From Actinomycetota bacterium (lineage in GTDB: Bacteria > Actinomycetota > UBA4738 > HRBIN12), in NCBI GenBank assembly GCA_040511595.1, contig JBEVGU010000006.1:1-57993 (forward strand): a stretch of 57,993 bases of DNA. Direction: 5' to 3'. The translations under genes and the position numbers were made by a program. Below are positions 18,446 to 27,852 of the stretch, piece after piece. The first letter of the stretch is position 1. Every line of letters starts with the position of its first letter. The notes under the pieces were generated by a model. The model worked only from the letters and a program-made list of their open reading frames with translations, did not search any database and was not told the DNA's origin.

Positions 18446-19928
18446 GCGTGACGCCCGGGCGGCCCCGGCTTCGTGTCGACGAAGACGTCGTGGGCCTGCA
18501 CGTCGAGGAACCAGGCACCGGGTCCGAACCACTCCGAGGCGTCGACGATGCCGCTGGACTCCGACGACTGATCCTTCACCGATGCGACCACCGACCATGT
18601 CCTCGACGCGAAGTCGTACCGCCAGACGCGCGAGGGCGGCGGCTGTCCGCTGTCCTCCTGGACCATCAGGCTTCCCGAGCTCGCGCCCATGTTGTCGGGC
18701 TGGTGCATCGGCGCCGACGCGCCCGCCGGCTTCCCGGCGTCCGCATCGAGCAGCACGCGGAGCTCGTCACCTTCCGCGGATCGTGCCGGGCGAACTTCAT
18801 CGTGAAGATGCGTCCGTTGACGAACGTGCCGCTGCCGCCGCCCGTGAGCCGTCCGGTCGCGGGGCCGGGCACGGCGCCGCCGCTCCCGGTATCGGCGATG
18901 AACACGGTCCTCGGTGCCCGGGGTCGTAAGCCGTGTCCTCGACCCTGATGAATTGGAAGACGTTGTGCTCGTTCGACCAGTCTTCGAGCGCCGTCTGCGG
19001 TGGCTTCGCCGTGTTGCCGAGCGCGATCGCCCTCGGAACCTTGATGAAGCGTCCTTGCCAGCGATCGCCGCTGGCGATGTCGCCATCGTTCGCGCCGTTG
19101 AACGCGTCGGCCGGGTCGACCTTCCCGGCCTCGGTCCGGGTGACCCGGAACGCCCACAGGCGGCCGCGGTCCTCCCACAGATCGTTCGTCGATCCGGCCA
19201 GGTAGAGGTAGAGCTGCGACGACGGCGCGCTGAACGTGTCGTCGCCGGTGATGACGGCGATGTCGTCCCAGCCGCCGGGCACGACCATCGCGTTCTCGGG
19301 GTTCAGCCGGCCCATGCCGGCGATCGGCCTCGACCTGCCGGTCGCCGGGTCGAGCGCGACGGCGTAGCCGCCCTGGCGGTTCGGCGCGACGGAGGGATCG
19401 GGACCGTAGGGCGCGCGCCGGGAGGCACCGGCACGATGTCGTTCGTCTCCTCGCCGGTCAGATAGAGGTACCGGTCGAGGCCCTGAGCGGGTCCGGCCAT
19501 CGTCGAGGAGCAGAAGCGCATGTAGCCCTTGCGCGGACCCACCGCGACGCCGGCCGAGAGCACCGCCCCGGTGCTCGCGTCGAGCGTCAGCCGTGTGACG
19601 CTCGAGTCCTCGACGTCGGCGAGGCTCGGCGGGAACGGCACGTGCGACTGCTCGTGGTTCACGAACACGTCGACGGTGCCGGCACGCGACCCCGACATCG
19701 CGCCGATGCCGTCGGGGATGCCTTCGAACACCGGTCCGCCCGGCAGCCGCTCCCCGCTGCTGATGATGGCCAGCAGTCTCGATCCCGCCGGCGCCGACGG
19801 GTCGAGCACGAGCTTCGGCGGCGCGCTCGTCAGGTAGCCGTCGGCGGCGCCTGCTGAGGGGAGGGGACGGCGAGCGTGAGCAACATCGCCGCGGCGGCAA
19901 GGCCCGCTCGCAGGACGGATCGGCGCAT
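18396..19928 (-). pseudogene. Secreted PhoX/DUF839-like protein broken by about five frameshifts (pseudogene or sequencing error)
   Basis: SD GGAGG plus signal peptide MRRSVLRAGLAAAAM. The pieces PDGIG..VNHE..RFCS, MGRLNPEN, RVED, ADTG, PDN..QED..ESSG..VQAH and EAGQLLLMKIPGS* lie in different minus frames. Confidence 0.8.
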
Positions 19929-20014
19929 GGGGGAACCTCCTCTGCCTGGGACCACTCGACTCTCCGCCGGCGGGGGATCCGGTCAAATCATGGCTGTCAG
20001 CGGGTGGCCGGGCC

Positions 20015-22351
20015 TCAGGTCGAGTCCGGGATCTCCGGGGAGTCCAGGTGCAGGGGCACGCTCGTGACGACCACGTGCGGTTCGAAGAGGAGCAGCCGCT
20101 TGAAGTAGAGCGCGGTCTGTCCGTGCAGGAGGCTCTGCCACCACCGCCGGGGAACCACCTCGGGCAACACGACCGTGACGACCGTGTCACCACGGGCCGT
20201 GTGCTTGCGGATCTCCTCGAGCAGAGGCGGGCCGAGCTCTCGGAACGGTGCCTCGACCATCACGAGCGGCACCTCGAAGCCACGCGCGATCCAGGCCTCA
20301 GCCACGTCCTTGATCTCGCTGTTGTCGGTGACGAGGAAGATCGCCTCGACCCCGACCGCGTTCAGCGAGCGCGCGTAGGCGACCGCGCGCGCCGTGACGT
20401 AGCGGGCGTTGCCAACGGGCACGATCACGAAGCTGCGTTCCGGCTCGAGCGGCCGGCCCGACGATACCCGCTCCCTCGGCAGCAACGGCACGTCGGTCAC
20501 GACCACGCCGGGCTCGAACAGCATCGAGGTCTTGAGCAGGAAGAACCGCCGGTTGTGCAGCACCTGCTGCAGCACCGATCGATCGCCCGCGTTCTCCGGC
20601 ACGATCACGGTGAGGAAGCCGTCGACGGCGCGCGACCGGGCGCGGATGTACGCGCGGAGGGACTTCACGAGGTGCTCGTCGGCGCCGGGCAGGGGTTGCA
20701 GCGCCCCCAGACGAGGAGCGATGAGCGCCCACTCCGCCGCGGCCAGCTCGAGGTCGGACTCCGACCCGACGTGGAGCGCCGTGATGTGTTCGGGGCGGAT
20801 CGCTCGCAGGTAGGCGATGCCGTCGCGTGTCGCCGGTCCGAGGTCGGGCACGAGGAAGAGGAATTCGCTGTCGCCGACCTCCTCGATCGGCGTCTCGATG
20901 TCGAGGGTCGCGGCGACCGAGCGGTAGTGGCGGGCCACGAGCAGGAACTGGCCGACCACGATCGGCAGGGCCACCATCACCATCCACGCGCCGAGCGAGA
21001 AGCGCGTGAGCACCACGATGACGAACACGATGCCCGTGGTCGTGGCGCCGATCACGTTGACCGCCGCCTTCCCGCGCCACCCGGCGGTCCGCCGGTGCCG
21101 CCATCGCCGCACCATGCCCGCCTGCGAGAGCGTGAGGGCGACGAACACGCCCACCACGTAGAGCTGGATCAGCCGCGTGAGATCGGCGCCGAAGACCCAG
21201 ACGAGCAGCGCGGCGAGGCCGGCGAGCACCGCGATGCCGTTGGAGAAAACCAGGCGGTCGCCGCGGTTCCGGAACTGTGAGGGCATGAATCCGTCGCGCG
21301 CGAGGATCGAGGCGAGCCGCGGAAAGTCCTGGTAGGCGGTGTTCGCCGCCAGGATCAAGATCAGCGCCGTGAAGATCTGCAGCACGATGAACATCACGCC
21401 GTCGCCGAAGACGGTCTCGCCGATCTGCGCGAGCACCGACGTCGAGGCGGCGATGTGCTCGTTGGTGCGCACGTCGAGGGCCGCCGCCAGCAGCGAGATG
21501 CCCAGGAACATCGGGATGCTCATGGCGCCCATCAGCAGCAGGGTCGACGCGGCGTTCTTCGACTGCGGCCGACGGAAGGCCTGCACTCCGTCAGCGATCG
21601 CCTCCACGCCGGTCAGCGCGGTGGCCCCCGAGGAGAAGGCGCGCAGCACGAGCAAGACCGTGAGGCCGGATGCGGCTTCGAGCGGCAGGGAGGCGGTCTC
21701 GGCCCGCGGGCATCCCTCTGTGGTGCAGAGCCACGCGCCCCACACCAGCGTGATGCCGACGACCACGACGAAGCCGTAGGTCGGGATCGCGAAGAGCCGA
21801 CCGGCCTCCTTGGCGCCGCGAAGGTTCGCGAGCGTGATCAGCACGATGAACCCGATCGCCATCGGCAGCTTGTACGGCGCGAGCGAGGGTGCGGCCGAGG
21901 TGACGGCGATCGAGCCGGCGGTCACGCTGACCGCCACCGTGAGGACGTAGGAGATCTGAATGGCCCCCGCAGCGACCAACCCGGGGATCAGCCCGAGGTT
22001 CTCCTTGGCGACGATGTAGGACCCTCCCCCGTGCGGGTACTCGCGCACCGTCTGCCGGTATGAGGCGATCACCACCACCAGGAGCGCGGCCACCCCGATC
22101 GAGAGGGGGGTCAGCAGCGGCAAACCGGAGGCCCCGACCAGCACGAGCACGAGCAGCATCTCCTCGGTGGCGTAGGCGACGGACGAGAGCTGGTCCGAGG
22201 CGAAGACGGGCAACGCGAGGAGCTTCGGCAGCAGCTGATGCTCGGCGGTGTGCGAGGCCAGCGCCCGGCCGAGCAACAGGCGCTTCCAGGGCGCGCCCAG
22301 GTCTCGCTGCTGCGCCTGCTCCTGGGCGGGGGCCTGATCCACGAGCGGCAT
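20015..22351 (-). CDS. APC-family permease, KimA/YdaO-like, with a duplicated cytoplasmic domain
   Basis: ASDQLSSVAYATEE, YPHGGGSY, TGVEAI, FPRL and LYVVGVF motifs; two C-terminal PE...LH...LFEP.VVVT.VP repeats. Confidence 0.9.
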   Translation of the reverse strand: MPLVDQAPAQEQAQQRDLGAPWKRLLLGRALASHTAEHQLLPKLLALPVFASDQLSSVAYATEEMLLVLVLVGASGLPLLTPLSIGVAALLVVVIASYRQTVREYPHGGGSYIVAKENLGLIPGLVAAGAIQISYVLTVAVSVTAGSIAVTSAAPSLAPYKLPMAIGFIVLITLANLRGAKEAGRLFAIPTYGFVVVVGITLVWGAWLCTTEGCPRAETASLPLEAASGLTVLLVLRAFSSGATALTGVEAIADGVQAFRRPQSKNAASTLLLMGAMSIPMFLGISLLAAALDVRTNEHIAASTSVLAQIGETVFGDGVMFIVLQIFTALILILAANTAYQDFPRLASILARDGFMPSQFRNRGDRLVFSNGIAVLAGLAALLVWVFGADLTRLIQLYVVGVFVALTLSQAGMVRRWRHRRTAGWRGKAAVNVIGATTTGIVFVIVVLTRFSLGAWMVMVALPIVVGQFLLVARHYRSVAATLDIETPIEEVGDSEFLFLVPDLGPATRDGIAYLRAIRPEHITALHVGSESDLELAAAEWALIAPRLGALQPLPGADEHLVKSLRAYIRARSRAVDGFLTVIVPENAGDRSVLQQVLHNRRFFLLKTSMLFEPGVVVTDVPLLPRERVSSGRPLEPERSFVIVPVGNARYVTARAVAYARSLNAVGVEAIFLVTDNSEIKDVAEAWIARGFEVPLVMVEAPFRELGPPLLEEIRKHTARGDTVVTVVLPEVVPRRWWQSLLHGQTALYFKRLLLFEPHVVVTSVPLHLDSPEIPDST

Positions 22352-22356
22352 CCGGC

Positions 22357-23070
22357 TCAGCTCGGTCTCGTCGCGACCCCGTAGAAGAACTCGATGCCGG
22401 TCGTGCGGATGTCCGCGTCCCACCCGAGGTCGGCGAGCCGGCGGGTGAGCGCAGCCGGCTCGTACATGACCTTCACGATCGTGTACTCGCGCCCATCGCT
22501 CAACCGACGCCGGTGCGCGAATCCGGGGCCGTCCTCGACGTCCTCACCGGCGTTGGAGAGCCGAGCCTCGTCCCCGGCGACGTCGTCGCAGAAGAAGACC
22601 CGGCCGCCCGGCGCCAGCCACGTTGCGATCCGGTCCCAGAACTCCTCGAAGCGCTCGGGCAGGATGTGGGAGATCAAGAAGGCGAAGAAGATCAGATCGA
22701 AACGCACGCCATCCGGCGGCTCCCACGTGAAGAGGTCGGCGTGCTCGTACTCCACGCCGGGATCGCCGACCCGCTTCCGGTTGGCCTCGAGCGCCGAGGC
22801 CGCAGCGTCGATCGCGATCAGCCGCCGGGCGCGAGGGGCCAGCCGGCGCGTGAACAGCCCGGTGCCGGCGGCCAGCTCGAGCACCACGCCGCCGGCGTCG
22901 AGCTCGTCGGTCGCCGCCTCCAGGCACGTGGTCTCCTCGAACCAGCGGCGGTTGCCCTCCGGTCCGAGGTCGTATCGTCCCCGCCGGTACCAGACGTCGT
23001 CGTACTCGGGCGCCCGGTCCTCGTAGTAGCGGGCCTGCTCCTGCAGGATGCGGTCGACATCCCCGTTCAC
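22357..23070 (-). CDS. Class I SAM-dependent methyltransferase
   Basis: QARYYEDRAPEYD, VLELAAGTG motif I, FDLIF and LAPGGRV; the GTG start overlaps the upstream TGA. Confidence 0.88.
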   Translation of the reverse strand: MNGDVDRILQEQARYYEDRAPEYDDVWYRRGRYDLGPEGNRRWFEETTCLEAATDELDAGGVVLELAAGTGLFTRRLAPRARRLIAIDAAASALEANRKRVGDPGVEYEHADLFTWEPPDGVRFDLIFFAFLISHILPERFEEFWDRIATWLAPGGRVFFCDDVAGDEARLSNAGEDVEDGPGFAHRRRLSDGREYTIVKVMYEPAALTRRLADLGWDADIRTTGIEFFYGVATRPS

Positions 23071-24065
23071 TCGCCCCCCTTGGCCTCGTAGTATTCGTAC
23101 GCCGACATCGCCTTCCCGGTCTCGGATCGCCATGCCCGCTCGTTCTCGGGAAGCTTCCCGAGCGCCTTCGCCATCTCGCGGACGTGCTCGGCGACCGATC
23201 CGCAACACGAGCCGATGTAGCGGACGCCGGCCTGTCGCGCGTCCGCCGCGAACCTCGCCAGCTCGCCTCTCGGAAGCGTCATCGGCGTCAGCTCGTAGGG
23301 GAACTCGTCCCACGACGTGAAGTCCGGCCGCTCGGCCGTGGTCGCGTAGGCGACCGGTTGCGCCGCCACGGGCACCGCGCCGCCGACCGCGCCGACCATC
23401 TCGGCGGCGAGCGGCAGCTGCTGCGCCGGCGCATTCAGGCAGTTCACCCCCACGATGTCGGCGCCCGCGTCGGCGAGCCTCTTCGCGCAGGCGCCGGGCG
23501 CGTCGCCCTCGTACGAACCGGCCGGCAACGTTTCGAACGACATCGTGACCATCACCGGCAGGCCCGTGCGCTTCGCGCGCTCGACGAACAACAGCGCCTC
23601 ACCCAGGAACGAGAACGTCTCCCCGATGAAGAAGTCCGGCGGGCCGGCGTCGAGCTGGTCGCGGAGCTGGCGGTCGAGCAGGGCCCGCACGTGATCGGCG
23701 CTCGCCGGGTCGGCCGGGTCGTAGGCCCACGTGAGCGAGAGGTTGCCCGCGACGAGGGCGTCCCCCTCGGAGGCCACCTCTCGCGCGATCCGCACGGCGT
23801 TGCGGTTGATCTCATCGACGCTGCCCGCCAGCCCGACGGTGCCGAGCTTGTCGTCGCTCGCGTAGAACGTCATCGTCTGCAGCACCTCGGCGCCGGCGCG
23901 CAGGAACTCGCGATGGAGTTGGGTGAGCGCCTCGGGGTGCTCGATCACGACCTCGGGCGTGAACGGCCCGGCCTGCACGTACCCGCGCTTCTCGAGCTCG
24001 AGCAGGTACCCGCCGTCGCCGAGGACCGGCCCGTCGCTCAGGCGTTCCAGGATGCCCCTCGTCAT
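23067..24065 (-). CDS. Homocysteine S-methyltransferase family protein (BHMT-like)
   Basis: GDGG, GPFTPE, LHREFLRAGA; Zn ligands GVNC and GSCCG. Confidence 0.9.
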   Translation of the reverse strand: MTRGILERLSDGPVLGDGGYLLELEKRGYVQAGPFTPEVVIEHPEALTQLHREFLRAGAEVLQTMTFYASDDKLGTVGLAGSVDEINRNAVRIAREVASEGDALVAGNLSLTWAYDPADPASADHVRALLDRQLRDQLDAGPPDFFIGETFSFLGEALLFVERAKRTGLPVMVTMSFETLPAGSYEGDAPGACAKRLADAGADIVGVNCLNAPAQQLPLAAEMVGAVGGAVPVAAQPVAYATTAERPDFTSWDEFPYELTPMTLPRGELARFAADARQAGVRYIGSCCGSVAEHVREMAKALGKLPENERAWRSETGKAMSAYEYYEAKGGE

Positions 24066-24107
24066 TCGATCGTCTCCTCGTCGGTGGAGCCGAGTGTACC
24101 GGGGGGC

Positions 24108-24848
24108 TTACTCCGAGGGCGGGGGGTCGGGATGCGACGGGTCGAAATGGGGCGGGCGCAGCTGGACGCAGCACCTCCCGGGTGCCGGCCGGAGCGCGAC
24201 GTCGAGCGTCTCGTTCCCGAGGCCCACGACGATGCCGTGCACCAGCTCCCGGTTCAGGCCGCAGACGAGCTCCCGGTTCTGTTGGGCGAGAGCGTGGTAG
24301 GGACAGCTCCGCATGCCCATGACCCCCTCTTCGTCGACGGAGGGCTCGTACCCGCAGGCCGACAACAGATCGGTGGCGACCGCCATCGCGCGCTCAGGCC
24401 CGGGCGGGCGGAGCCGGAGCCGCTCCCGTTCCGCCCGGCCGAGCTCTTCTCCCAACGATCGCGCGGCGCGTTCGGCCGAGGACGCCGCGGTCTCGCCGGG
24501 CCGCTGACCCTCGATCGCCCGGAGCAGTACCGAGCCGATCACGTCGTAGCGACGCTCGGGGATCGACACGTCGAACTCACGGTCCGAGGGCTCGTAGTAC
24601 TTCGCGCTGCGGCCGGCCCCACGCCCACCGCGACCGGGCGGTCGGGCGTAGGACGCCACGAGGAGACCCCGTTCGACGAGCTTGTCGAGGTGGAACGCCG
24701 CGAGTTTGCGGGAGACGCCGACCGCGGTGGCGACCTCTTCACGGTGGGCCGGCCTGCCCTGCCGGCGGACGTAGAGGTACATGCGGCGACGCAGGTCGTC
24801 CTCGAGCGCCGAGAGAGCGGGAGCATCTCGATCCAGGCGGCTGAGCAT
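24108..24848 (-). CDS. ArsR-like winged-HTH transcriptional regulator with a Cys-containing C-terminal domain (COG2345-type)
   Basis: LAAFHLDKLV, GAGRSAKYY, CPYH, VCGLN and RCCV. Confidence 0.88.
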   Translation of the reverse strand: MLSRLDRDAPALSALEDDLRRRMYLYVRRQGRPAHREEVATAVGVSRKLAAFHLDKLVERGLLVASYARPPGRGGRGAGRSAKYYEPSDREFDVSIPERRYDVIGSVLLRAIEGQRPGETAASSAERAARSLGEELGRAERERLRLRPPGPERAMAVATDLLSACGYEPSVDEEGVMGMRSCPYHALAQQNRELVCGLNRELVHGIVVGLGNETLDVALRPAPGRCCVQLRPPHFDPSHPDPPPSE

Positions 24849-24940
24849 GATCCGAAGCTTAACACCAACAGATGCTGGAGGAATGCCTTTGCCGACGCAC
24901 GGGACCGCTCTAACATCCATGATATTTGGCGAAATCTTCC

Positions 24941-25006
24941 TTGACATGCAGGAGGCGATGGGGTACAAGTGTCTCCGTAAGACCCACAACGATAGGTCTT
25001 ACGGAG
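24941..25006 (+). promoter_or_regulatory. Sigma70-like promoter followed by a perfect 12-bp inverted repeat (operator or SD-proximal hairpin)
   Basis: TTGACA 24941-24946, 17-nt spacer, TACAAG 24964-24969; CTCCGTAAGACC-N10-GGTCTTACGGAG at 24973-25006. Confidence 0.65.
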
Positions 25007-25015
25007 GGAGGAGTC

Positions 25016-25711
25016 ATGAGCGAAGGGAAGCGTCGTACGTCGGTCGCATCCGCGATCGTCGCGTTCGCGTTGGTGGGATCGCTCATCGTCGTGGGAGCGC
25101 TCGCGGGCGCCGGGGCAGGAGCGGCGACGAGCGCGCCGAGGGTCCACGAGCACGACCACGAGTCGTCTGAGCCGAACGCGCGTCAGTTCCACGACGCGAT
25201 GCGCAAGCTCTGGGAGGACCACGTCACCTGGACGCGCCTGTTCATCGTCAGCTTCGCGGCGGACCTGCCGGACCTCGGCCCGACGGCCGACCGGCTGTTG
25301 CAGAACCAGGTCGACATCGGTGACGCGATCCGTCCGTTCTACGGCGACGCGGCGGGCGACCGCCTCACGAAGCTGCTCACGGAACACATCACGACGGCGG
25401 TCGACGTGCTCACCGCGGCGAAGGCGGGCGACTCCGGCGCCTTCGACGAAGCCCTGGCGTCCTGGTACCGCAACGGTCGCCAGATCGCACGGTTCCTGCA
25501 CGAGGCGAACCCCGACAACTGGCCGCTGCGCGCGATGCGCAGGATGATGCGCGAGCACCTCGATCTCACGCTCGCCGAGGCTTCCCACCGGCTCGCCGGC
25601 GACTTCGAACAGGACATCGCCGACTACGAGGCGGTGCACGTCGAGATCCTGCACATGGCCGACATGCTGAGCCGCGGCATCATCCGGCAGTTCCCCGGCA
25701 TGTTCGCCTAG
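25016..25711 (+). CDS. Secreted His/Met-rich helical-bundle protein
   Basis: Signal peptide; HEHDH, LWEDHVTWTR, LTEHI, MMREHL and HVEILHMADML; SD GGAGGAG. Confidence 0.8.
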   Translation: MSEGKRRTSVASAIVAFALVGSLIVVGALAGAGAGAATSAPRVHEHDHESSEPNARQFHDAMRKLWEDHVTWTRLFIVSFAADLPDLGPTADRLLQNQVDIGDAIRPFYGDAAGDRLTKLLTEHITTAVDVLTAAKAGDSGAFDEALASWYRNGRQIARFLHEANPDNWPLRAMRRMMREHLDLTLAEASHRLAGDFEQDIADYEAVHVEILHMADMLSRGIIRQFPGMFA

Positions 25712-25761
25712 CGGCGAGGACGGACCGCGCGCGACGGCCAACGAACGAAGGAGGAGCACAC

Positions 25762-26238
25762 ATGGCATCGACCGACACGATTCGCAGCACGAAGGGCGGC
25801 GGCGCGATCCGCGTCGCCGACCCGGTAGACCAGGCGTTCATGATCCTGCGGGCGGCGTTCACGCTGGCGCCGATCCTGTTCGGGCTCGACAAGTTCTTCA
25901 ACGTCATGGTCGATTGGCCGGACTACCTCGCCCCGTGGCTCGACCGGCTCGTGCCGGGCACCGCGCAGGAGTTCATGTACGTGGTCGGCGCCATCGAGAT
26001 CGTCGCCGGCATCGTCGTCGCGGTCTCCCCGATGTTCGGCGGGTACCTCGTGGCGGCCTGGCTCGGGGGCATCGTGGTGAACCTGCTGACCGCCGATCCG
26101 CCTCGCTTCCACGACGTCGCCCTCCGGGACATCGGCCTCGCGCTGGGGGCCCTCGCCCTCGCCCGTCTGGCGACCGGCGTGCGGCGGCGGTCGTCGGCGG
26201 ACGTGACCGAGGAGCGCTCGTTGCCGTTGGCGTCGTGA
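25762..26238 (+). CDS. DoxX-family membrane protein
   Basis: FGLDKF, VGAIEIVAG and DVALRDIGL; four TM segments; SD GAAGGAGG. Confidence 0.85.
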   Translation: MASTDTIRSTKGGGAIRVADPVDQAFMILRAAFTLAPILFGLDKFFNVMVDWPDYLAPWLDRLVPGTAQEFMYVVGAIEIVAGIVVAVSPMFGGYLVAAWLGGIVVNLLTADPPRFHDVALRDIGLALGALALARLATGVRRRSSADVTEERSLPLAS

Positions 26239-26260
26239 GCGGCCGGGTCGAGGCGGAGCC

Positions 26261-27481
26261 TCAGAAGACGAAGCCGAACCAGGGCGACGGATCCCACGAG
26301 AACATCGCGTCGGCCCGCGCGAGGGCGTCCGGTGACAGCTCCCGCACCTGCTGGGCGCGCGCCAGCCGGCGGAACGAGATGCCCCCCAGGTAGACGGCGC
26401 CGAGCGCATCGACGCCGCACGCGAGGTCGGGCTCGGCGTCGATGCGCGAGCAGGCGCCCACGCCCGCCTCGACGACGAGCTCGTACCGCCCCGACGCGGG
26501 GGGCCGGAACCGGTCGTGCACGTCGACCACCAGCCGTCCGTCGGCGGCGTAGCGGCGGCCGGCGAGCGACGCGGGGATGTCGACCAGGCGGAGCCACAGC
26601 CCGTCGGAGAGCATGGCGTGCAGGCGGCGAGGCTCCGCCACGAGCCACAACAGGTCCTCGTCGGCGGGCCGGTCCAAGACCTTCACGGTGGCGATGAGAT
26701 CCACGTCGAGCACGTACCGCCAGAGCGCCGCGGCGGCGGCAGGGGTGGCGGCGACGAGATGCTGCACCGTCAACACGTTCATGGGCAGGTTGTGCACCCA
26801 TTCGTGCTTGACCTTGTAGACCGTGTACCCGTCGACGACGCCGCCGTCGTCTTCGTGCAGTGCGAAGAACAGCGGCTCCTCCGCGTCGCGTTTCGGCTCG
26901 AAGAACAGCCATGACCACCACCGGTCGTCGATCGCGATCATGCCGGGGCGCGAGGCGGCGACCCGGTCGTATGCGGGCCGCATCAGCGGCAGGGCCTGGT
27001 CGCGAGCGAGCGCCCGGACGCGTCCGCCCGTGGTCACGCCCTCGACGAACGCCGACCGCTGAGGAGACATCTCGAGCTCGGTACACATCGAGGCCATGCC
27101 GTAGCCGAACCGGCCGTAGATCGGTGATTCCGATGCCCAGAGGTAGGCCAACGGCTCGCCCCGTGCCGCGGCCTGGTCGAGCAGCGTGGCCATGAGTCGC
27201 GTGTTGATGCCGCGGCGGCGGTGCGACGGCAGCACCCCGACCGCCGTGACCCCGGGCGCGGAGAGGCTGGCGCCCGGCACGGTCAGCCGTGTCGTGCACG
27301 CCCCCGCGGTGCCGACGATCGCCTCGCCGTCCATCGCCACGAACGAGCGGTCGGGCTCGAGGACCAGGCGTTCGTTCTCGAGGTCTTCCTCGTCGTGGCT
27401 GCCGTGGAACGCGAGCTCCAACGCCTCGAGGAACGCCGGGACCTCGTCGGGGGCGATCGCGCGGATCGTCAGGTCGTTCAT
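26261..27481 (-). CDS. Eis-family GNAT N-acetyltransferase with an SCP2-like C-terminal domain
   Basis: VGVLPSHRRRG, LWASESPIYGRFGYG, LWLRLVD, LGAVYLGG and C-terminal GFVF. Confidence 0.92.
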   Translation of the reverse strand: MNDLTIRAIAPDEVPAFLEALELAFHGSHDEEDLENERLVLEPDRSFVAMDGEAIVGTAGACTTRLTVPGASLSAPGVTAVGVLPSHRRRGINTRLMATLLDQAAARGEPLAYLWASESPIYGRFGYGMASMCTELEMSPQRSAFVEGVTTGGRVRALARDQALPLMRPAYDRVAASRPGMIAIDDRWWSWLFFEPKRDAEEPLFFALHEDDGGVVDGYTVYKVKHEWVHNLPMNVLTVQHLVAATPAAAAALWRYVLDVDLIATVKVLDRPADEDLLWLVAEPRRLHAMLSDGLWLRLVDIPASLAGRRYAADGRLVVDVHDRFRPPASGRYELVVEAGVGACSRIDAEPDLACGVDALGAVYLGGISFRRLARAQQVRELSPDALARADAMFSWDPSPWFGFVF

Positions 27482-27603
27482 CGCGTCCGCGAGCCTATCG
27501 GAGTGGGCGCGCCCCTCCGTCGAGAGGCGGCTGCGCGGAACGTCGGAGGTCGATAGCATCGAGGGCACGATCGATCCGGTTCCACGACACGAGGAGGCGA
27601 CGC

Positions 27604-27852
27604 ATGGACGAGACCACCGGCACCGAACTGCGAGACGAGGACATGGTGACCCAGGTCCCCGGCACGACGGTATCGACCGAGACGCGTCCTCGTGACGCCG
27701 ACGGTACCGACGGCGACGGCACCGACGGTGATGGCACCGACGGCGACGGCACGGACGGCGACGGCACCGACGCGGACGGCACGGACGGCGACGGCACCGA
27801 CGGCACCGACGGCGACGGCACCGACGCGGACGGGACCGACGCGGGCTCGTGA
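27604..27852 (+). CDS. 82-aa acidic repeat peptide; candidate RiPP-like precursor (leader plus D(G/A)DGT repeats)
   Basis: SD GAGGAGG 27591-27597. MDETTGTELRDEDMVTQVPGTTVSTETRPR is followed by nine D(G/A)DGT units, one DGT and DAGS. The stop overlaps the next start (GTGA). Confidence 0.85.
   Translation: MDETTGTELRDEDMVTQVPGTTVSTETRPRDADGTDGDGTDGDGTDGDGTDGDGTDADGTDGDGTDGTDGDGTDADGTDAGS
27694..27837 (+). repeat. 15-bp coding tandem repeat (GAC GGC GAC GGC ACC consensus), nine full units and one 9-bp unit
   Basis: Units differ at synonymous positions (ggt/ggc/ggg, acc/acg, gac/gat) and by Gly/Ala at one site. Confidence 0.95.

Noticed and set aside
26261-27481. Eis acetyltransferase as a tailoring enzyme of the repeat-peptide operon
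   Set aside because: It is divergent, belongs to a common stand-alone family, and the peptide has no Lys. There is no support without synteny data.
27694-27837. CRISPR array or neutral microsatellite
   Set aside because: There are no unique spacers or cas genes. The repeats are contiguous, in frame and vary mainly at synonymous sites, so this is a coding repeat.
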